A stretch of 64,000 bases of DNA, taken from contig JAPLME010000011.1 in assembly GCA_026387175.1 (NCBI GenBank), positions 129,856 to 193,855 on the forward strand. Direction: 5' to 3'. Numbering within the stretch: the first letter of the stretch is position 1; every line of letters begins with the position of its first letter. The notes beneath the pieces were generated by a model. The model was not told the origin of the DNA, made no database searches, and was given only the letters and a program-made list of their open reading frames with translations. Below, one piece after another: positions 49,401-59,802 of this stretch. Source of the stretch: Candidatus Omnitrophota bacterium. GTDB taxonomy: Bacteria; Omnitrophota; Gorgyraeia; 2-01-FULL-45-10. The translations under genes were made by a program, and so were the position numbers.

Positions 49401-52400
49401 CTAATAATTACATACCGGCTTCCATAAACCCCGCCATAAAGGCCTCGTTTAAATTGGACAGTTTAAAAACATACTCCTCGATCTACATGAGCGCTTACTA
49501 TTATAACTACAACGATAAGTCTGTGAGCCTTTCATTAAATATCTACGGCCAAAAACCAACCCTATATTATTACTATTATGATTACAAGACCAGGAAGACC
49601 GTAAGTGATAATAAAGAACTGAATATAACTGTAAATAGGAATGTCGTTTATAGCATAGAATTTGCATGGAGCCAGAATGGCATTAATATATACCTGTATG
49701 AAGCGTCCGAAGGCCGACCGTCCGATCCCGTCTATACGATAGCTAATTCGAACTGGAACCCGCGTTTCTCATTAAGCGGCAGTAACGCTAATATTATTTT
49801 TGACCCGACTTCAAGCGGAACTTATACTAACTCGAAGAGTGTATCGACGGATTATAATAATCCGTTAAAGAATAGTCCGATACATACGGCCACATTCACA
49901 TTTGATTCGAATGCCGCTTATAAATCGCTTTACTACGGTGTTTACGGTTACTCATCCTCATCCAGCGATTCGCTATATTTAAATTACTATAATAATACTC
50001 TTACTCTGTGGGCATATCACTATGACTATAAGACCTATAAGTACACCAATACCACTATCCCGTTAAATATCAAAATTAAAGATAATACCGCCTACACCCT
50101 TAAGACCAAGATCGAAAATAATACGCTCAAGTTTTACATATATGAGGCGCTCACTGCGCCGGCGGATCCCGTATATACGATAGAAAACGTGTCGTGGGAT
50201 CCTCAAGTTTACGCCAGTATCTCCGGCGGTGATATGAATGTAGAGGCGTGCGACCATCTGGAGACGTACGAGTACAATACCACCGCCGGCATTATGCTCG
50301 ATCAAGACGCTGAAGCGCGTTTAAGGAATAAGAATATCGTTATCGACGACCCATATAGCGCGATACCAGAGTATGCGCTCCTCTCTGATGCCCCCATGGT
50401 ATTTCCAAACGGAAGAACTGATATCATAAATGCCGTTAATCCGAATATGGATTTTTCAATAAGCCTGCCGGCTGGCGATCCGGACAATAACCCGTATTTC
50501 GATACGATAAAATATGATCAGAATAGAGTCCTGAAAGAGATCCTGAAGCCCAGTGGCGAGAAGATATCATATAGAGACGGGCTGGTAGATAATATTTTAA
50601 GCTCTTCCAGCACGACTTCTTATGGCTATCGTTTAAGCGGTCTTGGTAACGTGGATGAGATAACGGTCGACCGCGACGGCATAAAACGCATTTACGACAA
50701 ATACGGCAATATAAAGAGCTTAAGCCTCGATGACGCGACTAAGATCGTATATGAAAACGGCAAGGTCAAAGAGATCCAGAAAGCCGACGGCACGACGCTA
50801 AAGAATATGACGTTCCGCGACTCCGGAGAGCTTGATAGCGCGCTCGTATCTTATCCGGACGGAAGCCTCGCCCTTTACGATGACGCGAAACTCCTTCAAG
50901 CCATCAGCGCGTCCGGCGATATAACAGATTACAGCGATGGGAAGATCCGCAAAGTTACGCTCGAAGACGGCACCGTATACGACTGGTCTTATAGTGGCGA
51001 TAATATAGTGATCTTAGATAACGCTAAAAGCGAGAAGAGGACATATCTCGAAGGCAAGCTTATCAGTCTCGAGGAATTAGCGGGCTCTAAGCTAATTACA
51101 CGATATTATTATGATGGCACCTCAGGAGATCTTACTAAATCGGAGATATGCCGGAATAATGAAATTCTCTACACATACACTTATACATATGAAGACGGCC
51201 TTACTCTCGTTCGCGATGAGGATGGCAATGTCCAGGCCTACACCAAAGATAAAAAACTATCCTATATAATCGATTCCAAGGGTCGGAAATATTCCTATAC
51301 CTATGTCGGCAAGAACGAAGGTTATGTAGAAGTATATTTCCCATCGGGAAATAAGGCGAAGTATGACTTAAGCGGCAATATCATCGAGATCACAAAATCC
51401 GACGGCACGGTGATAAAAGACATTACCTTTTATAGCGATAATACTCCGCGAAACTTCACCTATATTAAGGACGGCGCTACATACAAGGTGGAAGAGGGGA
51501 AGATAGGGGAGATGCTATCGAAGGATGGCGTAAAGACCGTATATTACGATAACGGTTTTGTGAAATCGTTTGAGACAGAAGCCGGGGATCTGACAGAATA
51601 TCAATATTTCGTGAAAGACAGTAAGGTGTTTAACAGTTCATCCGCGCTTTTGGATGGTGATTTTAACCAGGTCAGTCTTTTTAATTCAAATTCCACCACT
51701 TATCTCACGCTATCTCAGGATTCGCTCCGGTTCGGAACCGGGACCGACGGTGTGAAGCACGTAACCGCCAATGAGACATTGGAAGCCGGCACATACAACT
51801 TTGAATCGCTTATGATTGATGCGGGGAAGACTTTAACGATTGCTTCCGGCGCTATCATAAAGGTGCTGGGTACAATTACCGTGAATGGCGCCATATTCTG
51901 CGGCGGTTCTTTAGATATATACGCCCCCAGTTTCAATGTAGGCGCTTCCGGATCCGTCACAGGCGCAGTAAATATCAAGTGTAATACAATAAATAACGCC
52001 GGTATTATAACCGGTAACGCCTCGATAACAGGAACGCTTAGTAACGGCGCGAATGAATTGGATAGAGACGATAGTTTTAGCGGCTGGGCCCATTACCTTG
52101 ATTATAATCCGGGCTCTGGGGCGCTCTCGCCGCGCATAACATTCCCTTCATGCACCATTAGCTCTGTAAAGTGGCAAGCAGGTGGCGGCGGAAGCGGAGA
52201 TAGCCAGGGATACGGTATTCTCTATCTTTATATAGACGGAGTTAAGACCCAAGTCTCACCGACATACTATTGGGGAAGGTGCCCCGGCAGTTTTAATACA
52301 GGCGTCGCTACGATAAACGGATCCTGGAATAATGTTACCGGCATTGAGTATTATATCGAGACGGATTCAACTATAGGTGTGGCTAGAGCTTATGGATACG

Positions 52401-55400
52401 AGATGCAGGCTTTTATTGGGACCCCTACGATAGAGTATATTAGCGGCAGCCCCGGCACAGTTAATACTACACAGTCCAGGCCCATCGCCAGTATCAAACA
52501 ATCCGATCACCCATCTTCCAGTTCCTTCGAATCCGGCGTTATAGAGCTCAATGCGCTTGACCTTGGCTCTATATCATGGAGCCAGGAACTGCCTGAAGGC
52601 ACAAATATCACATTTCAGACGAGGACAGGGGATACGGCTACGCCTGATTCTACGTGGAGTGAGTGGTCGACTAAACTAACCAGTCCGGCCTCTTCTCAAA
52701 TAACCTCTCCGACAGGCAAATATATCCAATACAGAATTAATCTATCCACTACTAATCCGGCTGTGACGCCGCTTTTGAAGCTCGGAGAGAATAGCCCGAT
52801 AACATTTGGTTACAGCCGTGCTCCATCCGGGTCGAGCGAGCTGCCCGGCATATATTGCGCTACGATGTCTAAAGGCGGCGTCACATCCGATTGTGATAAG
52901 AACAGCCTGGCAAGCCTCATCTTTAACCCCGACTACATGGGCGCTATCACGGACGAGATCCCCGATTATTTATTAAACGGCACTCAGAAAGAGCTGTATT
53001 TGAAGGATTCAGTTATCATATCGGAGCTCACCGCGATCACGAATATAGACGGGACGACCACGGAATATTGCCAGGGACAGATCTCGAAGACCACCAGATC
53101 TGACGGGACCATAATTAAGAGCGTTTCTTTCGATGCCGATAATAACGCGAAGGATTTTACCTATTCTAAAGACGGCAGTACATACATAGTGAAAGACGGG
53201 AAGATCGATACCGTAGTAACCGCCTCAGGCGAGAGCGTAAAGTACTATTCATACGGACTGATCGAGAGCACCGAGGCTGCAGGCTCTAAAAAGGAATACG
53301 AATATGGCATACAGACCACTGAAAATTACACGACAAGATCGATATTCCAGGATGGATCTTTTACCAGCGCATCCATTTTAGGACATGGCTCCACCACCTA
53401 TCTCCAGCTCTCGAAGGATTCACTCCGGTTCGGCACAGGTTCTGACGGCGTGAAGCACGTAACCGCGAATGAGACTCTCGAGGCAGGCACATATAACTTC
53501 GAATCGCTTATTATCGATCCAGGGACGACTTTAATAGTCGGCCCCAACACCATAATAAAAGTGCTGGACACAGTCACCGTAAATGGCGCTGTATTCTGCG
53601 GCGGTTCCTTAGATATATGCACCCCTGTTTTCAATGTCAGCTCTTCCGGGTCCGTTACCGGCAGCGTGAATATTAAATGCGACGCAATAAGCAGCGCCGG
53701 CATTATCACCGGCAATGTCTGCCTGACGGGAGCGGGCGGATCTGGCGCTACCACAGATGATAATTTCGGCACTTGCATAAGCGGCTCTCACGGGGCCGGC
53801 GGCAGCGCTGCTGTGACATTTCCAAGTTGTAACATCTCAAAGGCCAGATACAGGGCTTCGCTTGGCAGCTATGGCCTTCCCGCATATGCCAATGTTTATC
53901 TATGCGTTAACGGATCGTGGACTTGCATAGCAAGTTATGCAGGAGCCGGTGATTCCGGAGAGGTGAACAATACAACCGGTTGGTCCAATGTGACGGGCAT
54001 GATGATGACAGGGCAGTCACTTAACGGCGATTGCGTATGTTCTGTATATAACCTGTATGAAATGCAGGCCATTATCGGCCAATCCACGATAGAGTATACG
54101 AGCGGCAACCCCGGCATAGTCAATACCACACCGTCCAGGCCCACCGTTAACATTAAAGCGTACGATTATCCATCATCAGGTTCCTTCGAATCCGGCGTGA
54201 TAGAGCTTAATGCGCTTGACCTTGGATCTATATCGTGGAACCAGGAACTTCCCGAAGGCACAAATATCGCGTTCCAGACGAGAACGGGGGATACGGCTAT
54301 TCCCGATTCCACTTGGAGCGAATGGTCCGAAAGCCTGACAGATTCTAAAGGATCCGACATATTATCTCCTGGTAAAAAATATTTCCAGTATAAGATAAAT
54401 CTGTCAACTGCCGACCCTTCAGTAACGCCTAAGGTACTTCTCTATAGCACTCATGGCATATCGATCAGCTATATTAAGGTTTCTGACAACCCTCTGGATC
54501 CTTATGTGAAAGTGAAAGAAAATAACACCACCTCTGCATACAATAAATCAGGAGTCTTGATCTGGACCGAAGACGCCGCCGGCGTAAGAACTGATTATGA
54601 TCCGGCGAATTCTGAAGGCACCGTTGACCTCGCGCTCCTTAAGTTCGACTCATCATACACGGATTCTCTCACCCAGGATCTTCCTTCCTCTAAACTCTCA
54701 GACTCGCAGAAAGTGATAACCGTCTATGACCAAGGGAACGACACTCCCGTGGAGGTAATAACCGCAGGTCAATCGATCACTTATTTTGATGAAGGTTTTG
54801 CCACCAAAGTTGTCGATAAGAATGGAGTTACGCAAGTTACCTATACTTATGATGAAGACAAAAATATTATAAAGGTTGAATTTGTCGACGCTCGGCAGAA
54901 GCTCGAAGAGAATTACGAGAAAGCCCTGACTGAGATAGTTACCCAGAAGGATGCGGCGCTTGCCAAGCTCGTAAAGGCGGATGCCGCCGCCCGGGCCGAT
55001 ATACTCGCCAAATCAGCGGATATTCAAAAACAGATAGATAGTGAAAGGTCGCGTTTAATCCAGGAAAAGGCTAAATATGATTCTGGTGTATATGACCTCT
55101 CCGAGTTTGACAGAGCATTCAGGGAAATAGACGATTATGAAACACGTCTTCATCAGCAGACTCAGGACGCCTACACGGATTTAGACAATCAAATCGCCTC
55201 TGCCAAGGCACGAATAGAATTCGACGCCTCGACCGCGATGTGGGACCTTATCGATAACGACTACAACAAGATCCTGGGAGATATAGTCCAAAAGGAATCT
55301 TCACCGTTGATTTATCAATATTACAGAAAGATACTGGGCCGGGATCCTGGTGATGAAGACCTCTTATATTGGGCGAATATCGCGAAGACTGAATTAAGGC

Positions 55401-58400
55401 CGCTTACTGCCTCTGAAATAACCCAGTATTTGAAGGATCTCCCGGAGTATGCGGATCGGGAGGCTAGAAAGCAGAATATAATAACGAGCCTTACAGATTT
55501 CTTCGCCCAGTATCTATCCGCATCCGATGCCGATAAAGAGTCCATACTCTCGTCATTAGGCCTTACCTTGGATGATGTAGCTACGTCATTGCGAGGTGCC
55601 GAAGGCACCGAAGCAATCTCCGGCATTATTTCCTGGCTCTCCGGCCAATCCCTGCACTTTGGGGACAGCGCTTTTGAAACTATTATTGCGATGCTGAAAG
55701 ATAACGGCATAGAAAAGTCCTTCGAAGATATAGGTAAAGATGCGCTTAAGGTCGATATATTGACGGGCGTAATAACTAAAGACACCGAAGGCGATCTTCT
55801 TATATCGATGTATGCCATGCGGAAGGCCGCCGAAGCCAATGGCCTTACCTTGTCTTCCCAGAAGATATCCTATGACGACCTGAAGGACCAGGTTTCGAGA
55901 AATAGCGTTATAGTTCATATCGACGGTAAGCATTATGTGCTAGTGACAAGTATCAATGACGCGGACGGCACCATTACCTATATAGACCTCACCGTCGGAC
56001 ATAATGGCCAGGCGATGACCCTTTCAAGGGCCGAATTCATGGAGAAATGGAGAGGCTATTCTCTGTCGAAGGAGCTCTCCTATAATAAGGATCTGCCCAG
56101 CAATCCCTCCAAAGAGATAAATGTAACTCAGGAGAAGAATATAAGGGGAAGCGGCTGGTGGAGTGACTTCTGGAGAGGCATTGTCAACTTCTTCCAGAGG
56201 ATAATAGCGCCTATAGGCGCAATTCTTCTATTTACACCCCTTGCTTCTGTAGGAGCCATATTAATAGGTATCAATGTTGTAGTGCAAACCATATCTTTTG
56301 TTGTGCATACAGGCACTTTAATGGATGTAGTCTGGTCGGTTGTAAATGCTGTAGGTTCCGCGATATGTTCTACAGTGCTCCCGAACATATTCGATGCGGT
56401 GAGGGGTGCTTTTCAATCGATAGGAAGCGCATTTAGCAGTGCGTTTAGTTCTATAGGACAGGCAATTCCGATCCTTGGCAAAGTTTTTGGTGCGCCGATG
56501 GAAATATTTCAAAGCCTTTCCGGAGCGGCTACCGATATAGCGACAAGAATATGGAGCACCACAGGATTTACTGAAACGGTAAAAGATGTAGTTCTGAGCA
56601 TAGGAACAAGGATCATTGAGCAAGGTGTTAGTCTCGGTGCGAACTATTTATTTAAGAGTATGGGCCTTGACCCGACGTTAGCAAGCATAGGCAGCGCATT
56701 GATTTCCGGAGCCATTGCTGGTTTGGGCAATCCCAATATAGGGATTGTCGGTGGTATTTTACAGTCCGGTGTTATTTCCGGCGTCGACCAACTTGGTACT
56801 GCTTTAAAGCTCGATCCTAACATCACCAGTCTCGCCGGTATGATGGCTGGCTCTATTATAGGAGGTTCCGTATATACCGGAACAGGGGAAATATCATATC
56901 AGGACCTTATAAAAAGTATCTCACCATACATATACAGCGAATGTGCGTATATTGGTGTAACAGATGTGGGTGAACTCCTCGGTATCGATTCGCGAATATC
57001 CTACTTGGCGGGGGTGGGGATACGGTCAAGTATTAATATAGGTTATGGATCAGATGGAATATTCGACTGGAAGGATGCATGGAGTGGAGTGCAGCAGGGG
57101 TTGTTGCAGGGGATTACTTCAATCGGAATAAATTACGCTACGCAGGAGTTGGGGCTGAATCCGCTTTTGGCCAACATAGGCTTCTCGGCTATATCCGGGG
57201 CTATAAATGCGGGCATACAGGCTGCCACAGGCGATAGTAAGGATATATTCCAGAGCCTATTTAAGACCTATACGGATAATGCCTTAACCTTCCTGGGCTA
57301 TGGCGATCCTTCAAATGCGTGGCAGCAGGCAGCGTATATAGCCCAGATACAGGATTTCACAAAGATAGTGACGGAGAAAGGCTTTGTTGAGGCATTGAAT
57401 ACATATGGAGCCAGCTTCTTTAATAGCGTGGCTGTCAATTCAATCGTGCAATCTGGTATGTCCATTGGCCAATACTTTGCCAAGGCTCTTGGCGAGAATC
57501 GATTTTATTCAGAAACCATAAATGGTAAGACGTATAAAACTGTAGAGATACGTGACAAGAATGGCAATCTGATAGGTTCCAGTGGCATGTTCGAAACCAT
57601 AAAACTCCCAAGCGGTGAAGAGGTGAGCGAGTTAGTGGGTAAGCGCGAAACCACAACTGATGGATCATTTCTCGGCATTGGTAACCTCGGAGTTGACGTT
57701 TACGGTAAAGTGGGTTTCACCGACGCAGAGCTCGCGACGACTTATGATGGTATACGAAGGGAGAGTCAGACCATAGATAATGGATTGCAGGTTTATGCGG
57801 ATGTGTGCGATTTACATAGTGGAGACGTCCTGCTTACCATAACGCCAAAGGATGTTGGAGGTTGGAACATATACAGCGAAGATGGGGAGTACGTGGATGC
57901 TAATATAAAAGAATTTTCCATAGGGTATGACATAAGTATTAAAAACAGCGAAACAGTGCGATATCTTTCAACCACTATGAATTGGCTTACGGAAGAGCAG
58001 CGTGATATACTGAAGCGGATAGGATATAGCGATGCTGAGATAGATAAAATTTCTTTGGAAATAGGGTTGGTTATCGATGATTCTGGAAAAACTATGTTAC
58101 AATACAGCATAGGATCTGACATTCAGAAACTAATTAACGTAAGCGGAGCGCTTGGAAATGAATGGCTAAACAGCTTAAAATTGGATGTAAATATTTTCAA
58201 TCATGTAAGCAATGAATTGCTTGATGTGACAAGTTATACAAAAAACACACGGACGCTGATTGACACAGAGAAAGGTATATCTGCCGTTGATATGCTTAAT
58301 TTGGAAGTATTCAAGCCGGAAGAGTACTTGAAATATGCTTTCACGATAGAAGGCTTTTTCCAAAAAATAGGTTACGAAAATTCGGTTTGGGAAATGTCTG

Positions 58401-58987
58401 TTAATGACGCGGCTATTGAGGTGGGTAGCGTTATAAATAGCGGACTCGCAAGATTCGTGTATGTGCCGGGAATTAATACGGCAGTAAATGATTTGAGCAT
58501 GGTGCAAAAAATAAGTGATATGTTAGGCATGGATAGCGTTAACAAAACCGTTGTTATTGCTCATAGCGCCGGGGTTGATGCGGCTGTACGTTCTATGAAA
58601 TATGCAAAAGCCGATAAGTATGTTTTTATATCCCCGAGATCGGAAGCATACGCTATTTATAAAATAGCCACAGAGAATGGAATAGACCTGCGCAATATAA
58701 TGATAATAAATTCAGAAGGTGATATCCCAAATTGGAGCGGTAACCAGAATTATTGGGAGCAGTGTCCCAATGGGTATAAATATACATGGGAAAACGTTTA
58801 TATTAAAAATGACGTGAGTAAAGAAGTAAATCTATATGATTTTAATGCGCGTCATAGCTGGGCCATTAACTATTGGGTTGACGGCGCGACGGCCGATGGA
58901 GATTATTTCAATATCTACAAAGACGGTGTAATGCAAGACGAGCCGTCTACAATGACAAAGGTAATAAAAGAATTTATAAAAAAATAA
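46460..58987 (+). CDS. Giant secreted multidomain protein (about 4175 aa). It has a signal peptide, YD/RHS-like repeats, two internally duplicated module pairs, a DUF4214-like segment, a C39-like domain, a Gly/Ser-rich region and a C-terminal alpha/beta-hydrolase-like domain. A GTG start at 46448 is also possible.
   Basis: Signal peptide 'MITTLKTKAPFKAMALAIAFSFLWQQILWA'. Numerous 'xYxYDxxGN(L/V)' YD repeats (e.g. YEYDASGNVISIT). 'LIYQYYRKILGRDPGDEDLLYW' is DUF4214-like. 'GKHYVLVTS...EFMEKWRGYSL' is C39-like. 'VVIAHSAGVD' is a GxSxG-like nucleophile elbow. Confidence 0.7.
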   Translation: MITTLKTKAPFKAMALAIAFSFLWQQILWAGDLAATTLENLNQEQSQTFAPDYLQNQQTASQSMITQKQDVEDTINSQAQTANNISGNTKESSDNSIELQGPKSASSGQAGATSSSTIIEEAANAPEGDGAILSVTTGDGDIVHYADGAISSIEKKDGTVLRDLVIGENNELIAANITYKDDTNEIVANGKVARLTKPDGTVFEYSGELITRATYPDPDNPEGNVVDYFYSVDNDNNIIETKLKDSEKSSFYDKNGALIRVEFNTGKVIEYDSDKNDDTDNGILSKVITEDGKIYIYEKSEDAIDGETVYTVKLKEIRDGEGNTFRLEDNNITEIELSDGTILRNFELDSSGNLVSGNIIYKDNPTLRSILVENKRVKEVNDVNGVRTTYRYDRINEAGDIVNATIEIDDGSSAVETYTYTKDEETLGVTITNGDRTWKYNSAWVLESFSDSEGAIKHHYSPLAVYAGSTFTLSDGTIKEYNDNKSLIKTILTDGTAYEYYQSGKFAGKLQKEVSPDGKSIIYDYKITPEGDLVVYKRTSYDKSSSYKSYYATDNVNYTTNPTLKASFNLDSDKTYSSAYASASYYNYNDKSVSLSLSFYNEKPYLYYYSYNYKTKQYVYDYKQLDITINKDTDYTVEYIWTSTGVNIYLYKSSGTRPGTALYTIADNKWNPVFSLSGSNAHLTLDPSSSGTYTGSESVSTDYNNPLKGGPMYAAEFTFDQNAASRSLYYSVYGNNSASYDSIYFNYYNNTPSLSVYHYDYKTYQYTNKTIPVNVAFNKGATYVMQTKMEDNVLKLYIYEKGTAPGDPIYTIENAVWNPQVYSTISGGRMNVEAYDNLEVYKYGDADGTLLERNSYADKALLTYIYDDAREVIGKKLALEDGTKKIYDAYNKLLTETKANGEIAAYEYDASGNVISITPRFPDGTGYTYYDSGAFQGKLKSAAIPDGKVVYYDYAVNENGNLQVYKRVSYDKSNLYQSIYSNNYIPASINPAIKASFKLDSLKTYSSIYMSAYYYNYNDKSVSLSLNIYGQKPTLYYYYYDYKTRKTVSDNKELNITVNRNVVYSIEFAWSQNGINIYLYEASEGRPSDPVYTIANSNWNPRFSLSGSNANIIFDPTSSGTYTNSKSVSTDYNNPLKNSPIHTATFTFDSNAAYKSLYYGVYGYSSSSSDSLYLNYYNNTLTLWAYHYDYKTYKYTNTTIPLNIKIKDNTAYTLKTKIENNTLKFYIYEALTAPADPVYTIENVSWDPQVYASISGGDMNVEACDHLETYEYNTTAGIMLDQDAEARLRNKNIVIDDPYSAIPEYALLSDAPMVFPNGRTDIINAVNPNMDFSISLPAGDPDNNPYFDTIKYDQNRVLKEILKPSGEKISYRDGLVDNILSSSSTTSYGYRLSGLGNVDEITVDRDGIKRIYDKYGNIKSLSLDDATKIVYENGKVKEIQKADGTTLKNMTFRDSGELDSALVSYPDGSLALYDDAKLLQAISASGDITDYSDGKIRKVTLEDGTVYDWSYSGDNIVILDNAKSEKRTYLEGKLISLEELAGSKLITRYYYDGTSGDLTKSEICRNNEILYTYTYTYEDGLTLVRDEDGNVQAYTKDKKLSYIIDSKGRKYSYTYVGKNEGYVEVYFPSGNKAKYDLSGNIIEITKSDGTVIKDITFYSDNTPRNFTYIKDGATYKVEEGKIGEMLSKDGVKTVYYDNGFVKSFETEAGDLTEYQYFVKDSKVFNSSSALLDGDFNQVSLFNSNSTTYLTLSQDSLRFGTGTDGVKHVTANETLEAGTYNFESLMIDAGKTLTIASGAIIKVLGTITVNGAIFCGGSLDIYAPSFNVGASGSVTGAVNIKCNTINNAGIITGNASITGTLSNGANELDRDDSFSGWAHYLDYNPGSGALSPRITFPSCTISSVKWQAGGGGSGDSQGYGILYLYIDGVKTQVSPTYYWGRCPGSFNTGVATINGSWNNVTGIEYYIETDSTIGVARAYGYEMQAFIGTPTIEYISGSPGTVNTTQSRPIASIKQSDHPSSSSFESGVIELNALDLGSISWSQELPEGTNITFQTRTGDTATPDSTWSEWSTKLTSPASSQITSPTGKYIQYRINLSTTNPAVTPLLKLGENSPITFGYSRAPSGSSELPGIYCATMSKGGVTSDCDKNSLASLIFNPDYMGAITDEIPDYLLNGTQKELYLKDSVIISELTAITNIDGTTTEYCQGQISKTTRSDGTIIKSVSFDADNNAKDFTYSKDGSTYIVKDGKIDTVVTASGESVKYYSYGLIESTEAAGSKKEYEYGIQTTENYTTRSIFQDGSFTSASILGHGSTTYLQLSKDSLRFGTGSDGVKHVTANETLEAGTYNFESLIIDPGTTLIVGPNTIIKVLDTVTVNGAVFCGGSLDICTPVFNVSSSGSVTGSVNIKCDAISSAGIITGNVCLTGAGGSGATTDDNFGTCISGSHGAGGSAAVTFPSCNISKARYRASLGSYGLPAYANVYLCVNGSWTCIASYAGAGDSGEVNNTTGWSNVTGMMMTGQSLNGDCVCSVYNLYEMQAIIGQSTIEYTSGNPGIVNTTPSRPTVNIKAYDYPSSGSFESGVIELNALDLGSISWNQELPEGTNIAFQTRTGDTAIPDSTWSEWSESLTDSKGSDILSPGKKYFQYKINLSTADPSVTPKVLLYSTHGISISYIKVSDNPLDPYVKVKENNTTSAYNKSGVLIWTEDAAGVRTDYDPANSEGTVDLALLKFDSSYTDSLTQDLPSSKLSDSQKVITVYDQGNDTPVEVITAGQSITYFDEGFATKVVDKNGVTQVTYTYDEDKNIIKVEFVDARQKLEENYEKALTEIVTQKDAALAKLVKADAAARADILAKSADIQKQIDSERSRLIQEKAKYDSGVYDLSEFDRAFREIDDYETRLHQQTQDAYTDLDNQIASAKARIEFDASTAMWDLIDNDYNKILGDIVQKESSPLIYQYYRKILGRDPGDEDLLYWANIAKTELRPLTASEITQYLKDLPEYADREARKQNIITSLTDFFAQYLSASDADKESILSSLGLTLDDVATSLRGAEGTEAISGIISWLSGQSLHFGDSAFETIIAMLKDNGIEKSFEDIGKDALKVDILTGVITKDTEGDLLISMYAMRKAAEANGLTLSSQKISYDDLKDQVSRNSVIVHIDGKHYVLVTSINDADGTITYIDLTVGHNGQAMTLSRAEFMEKWRGYSLSKELSYNKDLPSNPSKEINVTQEKNIRGSGWWSDFWRGIVNFFQRIIAPIGAILLFTPLASVGAILIGINVVVQTISFVVHTGTLMDVVWSVVNAVGSAICSTVLPNIFDAVRGAFQSIGSAFSSAFSSIGQAIPILGKVFGAPMEIFQSLSGAATDIATRIWSTTGFTETVKDVVLSIGTRIIEQGVSLGANYLFKSMGLDPTLASIGSALISGAIAGLGNPNIGIVGGILQSGVISGVDQLGTALKLDPNITSLAGMMAGSIIGGSVYTGTGEISYQDLIKSISPYIYSECAYIGVTDVGELLGIDSRISYLAGVGIRSSINIGYGSDGIFDWKDAWSGVQQGLLQGITSIGINYATQELGLNPLLANIGFSAISGAINAGIQAATGDSKDIFQSLFKTYTDNALTFLGYGDPSNAWQQAAYIAQIQDFTKIVTEKGFVEALNTYGASFFNSVAVNSIVQSGMSIGQYFAKALGENRFYSETINGKTYKTVEIRDKNGNLIGSSGMFETIKLPSGEEVSELVGKRETTTDGSFLGIGNLGVDVYGKVGFTDAELATTYDGIRRESQTIDNGLQVYADVCDLHSGDVLLTITPKDVGGWNIYSEDGEYVDANIKEFSIGYDISIKNSETVRYLSTTMNWLTEEQRDILKRIGYSDAEIDKISLEIGLVIDDSGKTMLQYSIGSDIQKLINVSGALGNEWLNSLKLDVNIFNHVSNELLDVTSYTKNTRTLIDTEKGISAVDMLNLEVFKPEEYLKYAFTIEGFFQKIGYENSVWEMSVNDAAIEVGSVINSGLARFVYVPGINTAVNDLSMVQKISDMLGMDSVNKTVVIAHSAGVDAAVRSMKYAKADKYVFISPRSEAYAIYKIATENGIDLRNIMIINSEGDIPNWSGNQNYWEQCPNGYKYTWENVYIKNDVSKEVNLYDFNARHSWAINYWVDGATADGDYFNIYKDGVMQDEPSTMTKVIKEFIKK
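48025..50280 (+). repeat. Internal tandem duplication within the giant gene. Two ~0.97-kb copies (48025-48990 and 49312-50280), each built of two Tyr/Asn-rich lectin-like sub-repeats.
   Basis: The protein-level repeat is 'YDY..G.L.VYKR.SYDKS..Y.S.Y....Y......P..KASF.LDS.KTYSS.Y.SA.YYNYNDKSVSLSL..Y...P.LYYY.Y.YKT.....' x2. Confidence 0.7.
51625..54470 (+). repeat. Second internal duplication within the giant gene. Two ~1.15-kb copies (about 51625-52800 and 53320-54470) with stretches about 88% identical at the DNA level.
   Basis: For example, 51721-51820 aligns with 53422-53521, and 52527-52670 aligns with 54186-54329. The encoded beta-helix-like module is 'GAIIKVLGTITVNGAIFCGGSLDI'. Confidence 0.75.
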
Positions 58988-58991
58988 TATT

Positions 58992-59789
58992 ATGAAAATA
59001 AAATTAATTGCTTTAACTATAATTTTATGCTTGATATTATCAGTAGGGTATATTTTTCTTTTGCAAAAACATGTTTTATGGTTTTGTGACAGCTTTATGG
59101 CGTTTACGCATGAAAATTATTATCAGGCCATGTACGACGGATGGAAAAATAAAACATCGAGTTTCCTCCTGTCGCAGTTAAACATTTTTAGCGATGAGCC
59201 AAGATTTTCTACGGCAGCAGTCATATTAACCGAACGAAAAGAAAAAAGAGCTATCAAGCCATTAAGAGCTATTTTGAATAGTCAAGCAAGCTCGAATATT
59301 AAGCGCGTGGCTATATTCCGATTAGTGAATTTTGATGATAAAGAATCTATGGATCATTTTATGGGGAAAGCATACGCATACAAACAGATGAATTTGAATT
59401 TTTACGACAAATCCAAGTCCGAAGATATCGATGAATATCGAACCATATTGCAGGCTTTATCTTCAGTTCAATCAGAGAAAGCTTATCTACTCATTTTAGA
59501 GTTAGCAAAAAATGGCAGTCGCTGGGAAAAAGCATGGGTTTTCACCTTATGCCTACATTATTATAAGGCACACTCACTGGAAATAATTCCTATGTATGAA
59601 AAATATTTTTTTGATAATTTAGAGATATCATCAAGTCCAGCGAAAGATAATGTTATTTTAGGACTAACATCATTGGGAGATCCTAAAGCCATCCCCGTGT
59701 TAGAAAATATAGCTGAGAAGAAGCCGGAATACAGACGAGAAGCTAACCGTGCCATAGCATTTATAGAGGCCGCTCAGAACAAAAAATAA
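58992..59789 (+). CDS. Membrane-anchored HEAT/PBS-lyase-like repeat protein. Candidate immunity protein.
   Basis: N-terminal TM segment. 'VILGLTSLGDPKAIPVLENIA' is a HEAT-like repeat. The gene is AT-rich and begins 5 nt after the giant gene's stop. Confidence 0.45.
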   Translation: MKIKLIALTIILCLILSVGYIFLLQKHVLWFCDSFMAFTHENYYQAMYDGWKNKTSSFLLSQLNIFSDEPRFSTAAVILTERKEKRAIKPLRAILNSQASSNIKRVAIFRLVNFDDKESMDHFMGKAYAYKQMNLNFYDKSKSEDIDEYRTILQALSSVQSEKAYLLILELAKNGSRWEKAWVFTLCLHYYKAHSLEIIPMYEKYFFDNLEISSSPAKDNVILGLTSLGDPKAIPVLENIAEKKPEYRREANRAIAFIEAAQNKK

Positions 59790-59802
59790 AGGAGGGGTTT
59801 GC

